Part shown: positions 10,486-17,605 of the stretch, piece by piece
How the letters are laid out: each line of letters begins with the position of its first letter
How positions within the stretch are numbered: position 1 is the first letter of the stretch
Source of the DNA: Kiritimatiellia bacterium
GTDB taxonomy: Bacteria > Verrucomicrobiota > Kiritimatiellia > RFP12 > UBA1067
Length of the DNA stretch: 51,289 bases
Assembly (NCBI GenBank): GCA_017646325.1
Contig: JAGCMU010000026.1
Coordinates: 1 to 51,289 of the forward strand
Direction of reading: 5' to 3'
Notes under the pieces: model-generated
Database searches by the model: none
What the model was told of the DNA's origin: nothing
The model's input: the letters and a program-made list of their open reading frames with translations, nothing else
Position numbers and translations under genes: made by a program

Positions 10486-10494
10486 ATTATATCA
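10486..10494 (-). promoter_or_regulatory. Putative extended -10 (TGaTATAAT) 7 nt upstream of the adaptor ATG
   Basis: The minus strand reads TGATATAAT-GGTACTT-ATG. No Shine-Dalgarno sequence lies between them, which implies a leaderless or near-leaderless mRNA if the element is functional. Confidence 0.3.
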
Positions 10495-10548
10495 AAAAGA
10501 CGGGAAAATGCGAAAGAAAAACATTGTAAATAATTGCAAATAAAAAAA

Positions 10549-10577
10549 TAGACATCTCTCCCCTTTTTTGCTATCAT
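10549..10577 (+). promoter_or_regulatory. Putative sigma70-type promoter (TAGACA-17 nt-TGcTATCAT)
   Basis: TAGACA at 10549-10554 and TATCAT at 10572-10577, with TG at 10569-10570. An AAGGAG RBS at 10604-10609 lies 6 nt before the ATG at 10616. Confidence 0.4.
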
Positions 10578-10615
10578 TTCCACATTCGTGTAACTAACCA
10601 ATTAAGGAGAAAACA

Positions 10616-11509
10616 ATGCAATTAAATCGTCGTTCATTCTTAGGTACGATGGCTGCTGCAGGTGCTTCTTCCATGTTCTCGGGATGCTGCTGCTTCGGCT
10701 GCGCACCTAAGAAAGCGGAAGTAGGCGTTCAGCTTTATTCCATCCGCACATACATCAAAAAGGTCGGCCTTGAAAAAGCTCTCGCCGATGTGGCGAAGAT
10801 TGGCTATAAAGGCGTCCAATTCGCAGGCTACTACGGCTTCAAGGCTGCAGAACTCAAGAAAATGCTTGATGACAACGGCCTCAAGACCGCAGGTACTCAC
10901 GTCGGCCGTGGCGTTTTTGAAAAGGACAACATGGCTAAAACTTGCGAATTCAACCTCGGCTACGGCAACAACGTCATCATTTGCCCAGGCGGCGGCAACA
11001 ACGTTCCAAAGGATTGGTCCAAGCCAAGAGACGATTGGTGGAAATTCCTCGTTGAATTCTACAACGAAGCGGCAGAACGCGCAGCAAAGTACGGCTGCAA
11101 GATTGGTATCCACAACCACACTTGGGAATTTGACCAGAAGCTTTCTGACGGCACGACCGTTTGGGATTACTTCTTCTCCAATACGACAAAGAACGTTCTT
11201 ATGGAACAGGACGTTGGCTGGACGACTTGCGCCGGTTACGATCCATGCGAACAGTACAAGAAGTATCCTGGACGCGCAATCACTCTCCACGCCAAGGAAA
11301 ACGGCATGGGCAAGGGTGTCAAGCAATTTGACGCAATTCTCGGTCAGCCTGGAAAGCCTGGCGCCAAGGGCGTTGACTGGGACAAGCTCTTCCCTGTTTC
11401 TGATGCAGACGGCGTGAAGTGGTATGTCGTTGAATGCGAACGCCATTCCGACAAGCTCTTCGCTATCGAAGAATCCTTCAAGTTCCTCCGTTCGAAAGGA
11501 CGCTGCTAA
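10616..11509 (+). CDS. Xylose-isomerase-like TIM-barrel protein (sugar phosphate isomerase/epimerase family) with Tat signal and lipobox
   Basis: 297-aa ORF. The N-terminus 'MQLNRRSFLGTMAAAGASSMFSGCCCFGC' carries a twin-arginine motif plus an FSG|C lipobox. The body, 'VGVQLYSIR...' and 'IGIHNHTWEF', is typical of the AP-endonuclease-2/XI-like TIM-barrel family. Confidence 0.75.
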   Translation: MQLNRRSFLGTMAAAGASSMFSGCCCFGCAPKKAEVGVQLYSIRTYIKKVGLEKALADVAKIGYKGVQFAGYYGFKAAELKKMLDDNGLKTAGTHVGRGVFEKDNMAKTCEFNLGYGNNVIICPGGGNNVPKDWSKPRDDWWKFLVEFYNEAAERAAKYGCKIGIHNHTWEFDQKLSDGTTVWDYFFSNTTKNVLMEQDVGWTTCAGYDPCEQYKKYPGRAITLHAKENGMGKGVKQFDAILGQPGKPGAKGVDWDKLFPVSDADGVKWYVVECERHSDKLFAIEESFKFLRSKGRC

Positions 11510-11516
11510 AACACCA

Positions 11517-13214
11517 ATGCTCGCGCATCTTTCAGTTTTGAATTTGGCAGTTTTAGAATCTGTCAAAGTTGAATTCAGTGAAGGTTTAAATATCATCACT
11601 GGCGAGACGGGTGCGGGCAAGAGTGTTTTAATGAATGCACTTGCGCTCGTGCTTGGAGCTCGTTCAGATGCGGAGCAGGTTCGTGATGGCGCGCGTGAAG
11701 CGCGCATCGATGCCGTGTTTGATCTTTCAAAAAGGTCAGACACGGCTTCAAAAATTTCATTTTTATTGGAAGACTTAGGTCTTCCCCCTTGTGAAAACGG
11801 AGAGCTTGTTCTCCGCAGATCAATCCTCGCCACAGGCGGAGGACGCGTCTACATCAACGATTCCGCCTCAACCGTGCAAACCCTTAAAAACATAGGGAAA
11901 TTACTCGTAGACAAGCACGGGCCAAGCGATCATCAATCACTTCAAGAAGAATCATTCCAGCGCTCACTTTTAGATTCTTTCGCTGGATTTTCATCTGATT
12001 CTTCATCCATATATTCATCGTACAAGGATGCATGGAATAACCTACATTCTTTACGGATGGAAAAGCAATCCCTTATGGGCGATTCTGTTGATGTGGCAGC
12101 AGAGTGCGAGATGTTGAACGATGCCGTATCCGAATTGGAAAACGCTCACCTTTCAGAGGACGATGAAACAGATCTCGTTGAACGCCACGCAGCAGCTGCA
12201 CACGCTGCTGAAATTTTAGAGAATGCCAATTTTGTTACGTTGGCTCTTACCGGTGATGACGACACTTCAGCATCTACCGCTCTCATAATCGCTTCCAACA
12301 AGATTTCAGAAATGGCGAAGTACCATGCCCCTGCCGAAGATTGGAGCGAAGAAATAGAATCGCTTACCATTCGAGTTCAGGAACTTTCACGAAGCATCGC
12401 AGATTCCGTTTCCCGTATTGATGCCGACCCGGAAGTTCTTCAGGCTCTCGACGAAAGAATTTCTCTTATTCAAAGGCTTAAACGCAAATATGCCCGTCAT
12501 AACATTTGCGATTTGATAACGCTGCTTGAAGAAAAAAAATCACGTCTGCAAACTCTTCTCGATAGAGACATGCTTATTGAACAAATCGACATAAAGATTA
12601 AAGAAGCGGAAAAGGACGTCGAAAAAGCCGGCAAAAACTTATCGGATCTTCGTAGAAGAGCGGCGGAAAAGTTTTCGAAAGCCGTAACGAAAGAACTTCA
12701 CGGCTTAGGATTCCTTAAATCGGACTTCAAAGTCTCCGTCAGCGAAAAGACGCCTGATGCGACGGGATGCGATACAATTGAATTTTTATTTGCTCCAAAC
12801 CCCGGCGAAAGCGAACGTCCGCTAAAGGACATAGCCTCGACGGGCGAAACGGCGCGCGTAATGCTTGCCGTTAAAGCCGTTGCCGCGGAGCACGACTCTA
12901 TCCCTGTTCTCATATTCGATGAAATCGATTCGAACATCGGTGGCGAAGTAGGCAAAGCTGTCGGCGAAAGACTGAGAAGCGTTTCAAAACATCATCAGGT
13001 TATTTCAATTACGCACCTCCCGCAAAGCGCGGTTTACGGGGAAACTCATTTCGTGGTTTCAAAATCCGTTTCCAACGGAAGGACTCATTCAACAGTTGAA
13101 AATATTGAGAATGAAAACCGCATCGCCGAAATCGCGCGTATGCTTGGGGGATCGTCTTTGACGTCTGTTGTCATGCAGCACGCAAAAGAACTCATATCTA
13201 TTGCCCAGAAATAA
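11517..13214 (+). CDS. recN: DNA repair protein RecN
   Basis: The track ORF starts at 11424 inside the upstream gene. The ATG at 11517 gives the canonical N-terminus 'MLAHLSVLNLAVLESV...GETGAGKS' (Walker A). A long coiled-coil middle follows, then the C-terminal 'LIFDEIDSNIGG' (Walker B). Confidence 0.9.
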   Translation: MLAHLSVLNLAVLESVKVEFSEGLNIITGETGAGKSVLMNALALVLGARSDAEQVRDGAREARIDAVFDLSKRSDTASKISFLLEDLGLPPCENGELVLRRSILATGGGRVYINDSASTVQTLKNIGKLLVDKHGPSDHQSLQEESFQRSLLDSFAGFSSDSSSIYSSYKDAWNNLHSLRMEKQSLMGDSVDVAAECEMLNDAVSELENAHLSEDDETDLVERHAAAAHAAEILENANFVTLALTGDDDTSASTALIIASNKISEMAKYHAPAEDWSEEIESLTIRVQELSRSIADSVSRIDADPEVLQALDERISLIQRLKRKYARHNICDLITLLEEKKSRLQTLLDRDMLIEQIDIKIKEAEKDVEKAGKNLSDLRRRAAEKFSKAVTKELHGLGFLKSDFKVSVSEKTPDATGCDTIEFLFAPNPGESERPLKDIASTGETARVMLAVKAVAAEHDSIPVLIFDEIDSNIGGEVGKAVGERLRSVSKHHQVISITHLPQSAVYGETHFVVSKSVSNGRTHSTVENIENENRIAEIARMLGGSSLTSVVMQHAKELISIAQK

Positions 13215-13244
13215 TTTTTTCACATTAACATCAAGGAAATCAAC

Positions 13245-14321
13245 ATGAAAAAACTCATCGCTCTTATTGCACTTTCGCTTTCAGTCATAACAAATGGAGA
13301 AATAAACGTAGAAGAATGGGAAAATGTAAAACGCCCGCAAGTTCTCACGTGGTTCAGAGAACACGTCTACGGGATTGCCCCTATCTCGCGCCCTGGCGAT
13401 ATTGAATTTGGAGAGCGTCACGTTTCAATGGCGGGAGGCAAAATAAAAATCGAAATTTTCCTCGCGCTCCCCAAAGGAGCAAGTGCTGAAAATCCCGTTC
13501 CCGTTTTTATTTTCGGGGATCATAGCAACGTATCAAAAACATTTCCCATCCAAAAACGAATATACGATAACGTCCCGACAAATTCCATCACCGCACGCGG
13601 ATATGCTTATGTGTGCTTTAATTGCAACGATGTCGCGCCCAACACCCATGCCAAAACGCAAGAAATTCCGTGGAATGAAGGTGTCTTCAAGGTTTATGGC
13701 GGAGACGAGCCTAACGCAACAAGCTGGGGCACAATCTCCGCTTGGGCATGGGGCTATTCGCGAGTGATGGACTGGATTGAAACGCGCCCTGAACTCGATG
13801 CAAAACGCGTTGCCGTAGTGGGACATTCGCGCGGCGGGAAGACGGCTCTTTGGGCGGCGGCGCAAGATGAAAGATTTGCGCTCGGCATTTCAAACAACTC
13901 TGGTTGCGGCGGCGCGAAATTAAATAAAATGGATTTGCCGCGAAGTGAACACGCCAAACAAATTCTCACAAACTTCCCGTTTTGGTTCTGCTTGAATTTC
14001 AGAGAATACATCGGCAAGGACGACCAGGTAAAATACGACCAAGACGATTTGATTCGCCTTCTCGCACCGCGTCTTGCATACGTAGCAAGCGCATCGGAAG
14101 ACCCTTGGGCAGGACCGGAAGGCGAATTCGAAGCGGCGCGCCGCGCTTCCGACATTTGGAAAGCGTATGGCAAGAGAGGCCTTTCCCTCACATCTTATCC
14201 AAAACCGGAAACGCAAGATCATAGCGGCCATATCGGATTCCACCTCCGCAAAGGCAAACATAAATTATTGCCGAGCGATTGGAAGCGTTTTATGGACTTT
14301 GCAGACAAGTATATGAAGTAA
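13245..14321 (+). CDS. Secreted alpha/beta-hydrolase, CE15 glucuronoyl-esterase-like
   Basis: 358-aa ORF with a signal peptide. 'WAWGYSRVMDW' and 'VVGHSRGGKTALWAAAQDERF' resemble the bacterial CE15 nucleophile block G-x-S-R-x-G-K. A C-terminal 'KGKHKLLPSDW' block is also present. Confidence 0.6.
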   Translation: MKKLIALIALSLSVITNGEINVEEWENVKRPQVLTWFREHVYGIAPISRPGDIEFGERHVSMAGGKIKIEIFLALPKGASAENPVPVFIFGDHSNVSKTFPIQKRIYDNVPTNSITARGYAYVCFNCNDVAPNTHAKTQEIPWNEGVFKVYGGDEPNATSWGTISAWAWGYSRVMDWIETRPELDAKRVAVVGHSRGGKTALWAAAQDERFALGISNNSGCGGAKLNKMDLPRSEHAKQILTNFPFWFCLNFREYIGKDDQVKYDQDDLIRLLAPRLAYVASASEDPWAGPEGEFEAARRASDIWKAYGKRGLSLTSYPKPETQDHSGHIGFHLRKGKHKLLPSDWKRFMDFADKYMK

Positions 14322-14322
14322 T

Positions 14323-14883
14323 ATGAAACTTTTCGTAGCATCACACAACGCTCACAAATTACGTGAGATAGGCGAGATTCTGCCTGGATTTGAAATAATC
14401 GCAGAAGACTCTGGAGTAGAGGAAACAGGTACGACTTTTGCTGAAAACGCATTCATCAAAGTTGAAGCCATTTCCGAAAAACACAAGGGCGAATGGTGTA
14501 TGGCGGACGATTCAGGCCTTGAAGTTTCCGCCCTTAATGGCGAGCCGGGCGTTTATAGCGCCCGTTATGCGGGCGAACCTTGCAACACGCCGAGAAACAA
14601 TGCGCTTCTCTTAAAAAACATGGAAGGGATAAAAGACAGGTCTGCTCAATTCACCTGCGCAATCGCCTTGATTGACCCTGACGGCAAAAAGCACCTCGCC
14701 GTGGGGCACTCTAAAGGGCAAATCGCATTGTCTGAATCGGGAAGCGCAGGTTTTGGCTATGACCCCCTTTTCATTCCTGACGGATACGCTCTTTCATTTG
14801 CCGATCTTTCCGCAGATGAGAAAAACGCAATATCACACAGAGGCAGAGCACTTGCCGAAGTACGTAAAATTATGGTAAAATAA
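14323..14883 (+). CDS. rdgB: Non-canonical purine NTP pyrophosphatase (RdgB/HAM1 family)
   Basis: 186-aa ORF with 'FVASHNAHKLRE', 'FGYDPLFIP' and 'ISHRGRAL'. Confidence 0.85.
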   Translation: MKLFVASHNAHKLREIGEILPGFEIIAEDSGVEETGTTFAENAFIKVEAISEKHKGEWCMADDSGLEVSALNGEPGVYSARYAGEPCNTPRNNALLLKNMEGIKDRSAQFTCAIALIDPDGKKHLAVGHSKGQIALSESGSAGFGYDPLFIPDGYALSFADLSADEKNAISHRGRALAEVRKIMVK

Positions 14884-14888
14884 TAGAC

Positions 14889-15152
14889 ATGCAACGCGAA
14901 GAATTAGAACAAAAAATCAAGGAAATTGTCGTTTCCTCTCTTGATCTCGAAGACATCACGATTGAAGATATTGAAACCGATGTACCGCTTTTCGGAGAAG
15001 GCCTCGGTCTTGATTCCATTGATGCCCTTGAACTTGGAATGGCAATTAGAAAGAACTTTAACATAACCTTTTCATCCGACAAAGCTGAAAACAAGAAAAT
15101 TTTCTATTCAGTAAAAACGCTTGCGGATTATGTGGAGACTCAAACAGCATGA
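14889..15152 (+). CDS. Acyl carrier protein (dedicated, cluster-associated)
   Basis: 87-aa acidic ORF with the phosphopantetheine attachment motif 'GLDSIDALEL'. Confidence 0.8.
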   Translation: MQREELEQKIKEIVVSSLDLEDITIEDIETDVPLFGEGLGLDSIDALELGMAIRKNFNITFSSDKAENKKIFYSVKTLADYVETQTA

Positions 15153-15397
15153 CTAACGCAGAAATCGAAACATTAGTTAAGGAAATTTTAGTTGACCGTT
15201 TTGAATGCGACATAGACGCATTAAAGCCGGAAACGAATCTTTTTACCGAGCTTGACCTCGACTCCATCGACGCCGTCGATTTGGTCGTTTTGCTTCAGAA
15301 GAAAACCGGCAAAAAAATCAATCCGGAAGACTTCCGTACGATTCGTACTCTTAATGATGTAGTGAATGCCATTTCCAAACTGATCAACGAAGGTTGA
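15149..15397 (+). CDS. Acyl carrier protein (second, divergent copy)
   Basis: 82-aa acidic ORF with 'DLDSIDAVDL'. It overlaps the first ACP gene by 4 nt (ATGA). Confidence 0.8.
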   Translation: MTNAEIETLVKEILVDRFECDIDALKPETNLFTELDLDSIDAVDLVVLLQKKTGKKINPEDFRTIRTLNDVVNAISKLINEG

Positions 15398-15404
15398 AAC
15401 ACTC

Positions 15405-17093
15405 GTGTTTCAGAAGTATAGAAAATATTTTTCGTTAATAACTTTAGCGGCGTGCGTAAGCGCCGCTATTGTTTTCAAGCGTTTCGTTTTTGTCGCATAC
15501 TATCCCGTACTGATGAGTGCGGTCGTAGCATTCGCATTCGGCTCATCTCTTTTCCGAAAAGTATCCTTGTGCGAGTCGCTTGCCCTATCAACGCCTCCCT
15601 TTTTGCTGCCTGACAATGCCCGAGGATATTGCCGCAAATTAACTGCTATCTGGTGCGGCATCATGATTCTCAACGGATGTATCGCGACTGCCACCGTTTT
15701 TGCTCCGAAATGGGTTTGGATTCTTTGGAATTGCGCCCTTTCCTACTGCATGACCTTAACGGTTGTAGGGATTGAACTTTTGGTGCGCAGGAAGAAATTC
15801 TCCGTTGTTTTCACCACGTCCGGATCGACATCCACGCCTAAGCGAATAGTAAAACCGTTTTCAAAACTCGCAAAAGAAGTCTTGTACCATAAAAAGCAAT
15901 TGCGAGACATTCTCTCGTCAAAGCCTGTATTTCTCGCGACCATCGAGGAACACCACATGTACGGCACTCTTTGGTGCAAGTTGCTTCCAAAGGCGGCGGA
16001 ATGTGAAATTGACAAGGAAGTCATCTTCACACCCGAAGCGTTGATAGAAAAAATGAAATCGCACAGGGAAGTCATTCTCATTACGACGCCGACATTCCTC
16101 TCCCGCTTTACAGCCTACGCGAAACAATACGACATTCCTAAAAACGTCAAGGAAATCATCACGTCTGGAGCACTTCTCACATCTGAAGTTTCCAAAGCGA
16201 CAAAAGATGTTTTCGGCATTGCTCCACGCGAAATTTTTGGCAGCACGGAAACTGGTGGTGTTGCCTCCCGCAGACAACACTCCGGCGAAGGCGAAGACTG
16301 GAAGGTTTTCGACTCGGTAAAAATCTCTTCGTCTCCCGAAGGAAATCTCATCGTAAATTCGCCGTTTTCAATTGAAAAAAATTATACAATGGGAGACGGC
16401 GTAATCATCGCCCCCGACGGACGTTCTTTCAAATTATTGGGACGCACAGATCGTATGGTAAAAATTTCAGAAGAGAGAGTAAGCCTTCCTGAAATGGAAG
16501 AAAAGATGGTAAAAATTTCCGGCATCAAAGAAGTTGCCCTTTGCCCGCTGACGAATGAACACGGGCCTTATTTAGGTGCTGTTATCGTGGCGGAGGAAGA
16601 ACTCGCCTCTCAAGAAAAGCCTTCAATGTTCATACGCAACGAATGTCTAAAGATTTTCCCGAAAGGCACAGCTCCTAAAAAATATAGGTTCGTTCCTGAA
16701 TTGCCTCGCAACGCCCAAGGGAAAATCCAAGTAAGCGCCTTAAAGGAAGTTCTCAATTCTTCCTTTAGAATGCCTCTCGTTTTCGATAGCCAAATTACAG
16801 AAAACTCCTTTACCGCCAATATGGTATTCCCTTCTGACATGCCTTGCTTTAAAGGTCATTTCAACGGCTATCCAGTCCTTGCAGGTGTTGTTCAGGTGGG
16901 AGTTGCAAACAATATCGCCCAGCAGTTTTTCAAATGCTCCTCGCCTATGAAAACCCTGAAAAAGATAAAGTTTACGGGCGTCATCACACCTGGGAAAAAG
17001 ATTGCGTTTTCTTTGACGCAAAAATCGCAAGATTTCACTTTCTCATATTCTAAAGGAGAATCTCAATGTTCAAGCGGTATTTTATCTTATTGA
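15405..17093 (+). CDS. Fusion protein: polytopic membrane N-terminus + adenylate-forming (ANL) enzyme core + FabA/FabZ-like hotdog domain
   Basis: 562-aa ORF with a GTG start. Residues 1-130 contain about 4 hydrophobic helices. ANL motifs are 'TSGSTSTPK' (aa 138-146), 'FGSTETGG', 'GRTDRMVKISEERV' and 'PRNAQGKI'. The C-terminal ~110 aa carry 'CFKGHFNGYPVLAGV'. Confidence 0.7.
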   Translation: MFQKYRKYFSLITLAACVSAAIVFKRFVFVAYYPVLMSAVVAFAFGSSLFRKVSLCESLALSTPPFLLPDNARGYCRKLTAIWCGIMILNGCIATATVFAPKWVWILWNCALSYCMTLTVVGIELLVRRKKFSVVFTTSGSTSTPKRIVKPFSKLAKEVLYHKKQLRDILSSKPVFLATIEEHHMYGTLWCKLLPKAAECEIDKEVIFTPEALIEKMKSHREVILITTPTFLSRFTAYAKQYDIPKNVKEIITSGALLTSEVSKATKDVFGIAPREIFGSTETGGVASRRQHSGEGEDWKVFDSVKISSSPEGNLIVNSPFSIEKNYTMGDGVIIAPDGRSFKLLGRTDRMVKISEERVSLPEMEEKMVKISGIKEVALCPLTNEHGPYLGAVIVAEEELASQEKPSMFIRNECLKIFPKGTAPKKYRFVPELPRNAQGKIQVSALKEVLNSSFRMPLVFDSQITENSFTANMVFPSDMPCFKGHFNGYPVLAGVVQVGVANNIAQQFFKCSSPMKTLKKIKFTGVITPGKKIAFSLTQKSQDFTFSYSKGESQCSSGILSY

Positions 17094-17605
17094 TTTCTTC
17101 AGTTTCCATAAGTCTCAACGCCCTTACGATTGAGGAATTGGCTGACAGATTCAATAAGAGCGGAGATGATACGGGTACGTTCATCCAAATGAAAACCCTT
17201 TCAGATATTGGAGTAACTCTCACGTCTACCGGCACTTATGAGTTCAAAAAAAACAAATACGTGAAATGGACGACTCTCAAGCCCTTGCAAAGCGATTTTA
17301 TAGCCACGCAAAAAGACTATACTTCCGTGGTGAACGGCAAGAGCGTAAAGCGTAAACTCGCCGACTTGAAAATGTCAAAAAGCATGAAATCTCTCGTAGA
17401 GGGAGATCTTTCGTCTTTAAAAGACACTTTCTCTTTAAAGATCAAGAAAAATTCCATCATTGCCCATCCAAAGCAACGCGAGCTAAAAGAATTTATCGAT
17501 AACTTCGTTCTTGAGTTTAACGACGCCTATCAGCCCACCAGATTTATTATGACATTTTCAAACTCTGATGTATTGGACATCGTGTTAAAACGCTCCTCGA
17601 AATGA
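17066..17605 (+). CDS. LolA-like outer-membrane lipoprotein/lipid carrier protein (cluster-associated)
   Basis: 179-aa ORF with an AAAGGAG RBS and the signal peptide 'MFKRYFILLISSVSISLNA'. The size, a beta-rich pattern ('FIQMKTLS...STGTYEFKKNKYVKWTTLKP') and the position between adenylase and exporter match LolA-like proteins of aryl-polyene-type loci. Confidence 0.5.
   Translation: MFKRYFILLISSVSISLNALTIEELADRFNKSGDDTGTFIQMKTLSDIGVTLTSTGTYEFKKNKYVKWTTLKPLQSDFIATQKDYTSVVNGKSVKRKLADLKMSKSMKSLVEGDLSSLKDTFSLKIKKNSIIAHPKQRELKEFIDNFVLEFNDAYQPTRFIMTFSNSDVLDIVLKRSSK

Noticed and set aside
11424-11516. N-terminal extension of recN overlapping the upstream gene
   Set aside because: The canonical RecN N-terminus begins at the ATG at 11517. 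The extension is Ser-rich read-through of the neighbouring gene's 3' end in another frame.
10640-11833. 397-aa minus-strand ORF, one of the longer ORFs in the track, spanning the TIM-barrel gene and the start of recN
   Set aside because: It is antisense to two genes with clear family motifs and has no recognisable motifs of its own. Its composition is Ala/Ser/Arg-rich, typical of the reverse frame of a C-ending-codon-biased gene. It crosses a gene boundary, and its openness is explained by the stop-poor composition of the sense gene.
14889-15397. Tandem ACP genes as a recent duplication or assembly artefact
   Set aside because: The two genes differ extensively at the nucleotide and protein levels; only the DSID Ser motif region is similar. 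Paired divergent ACPs are a normal feature of ape-type loci.
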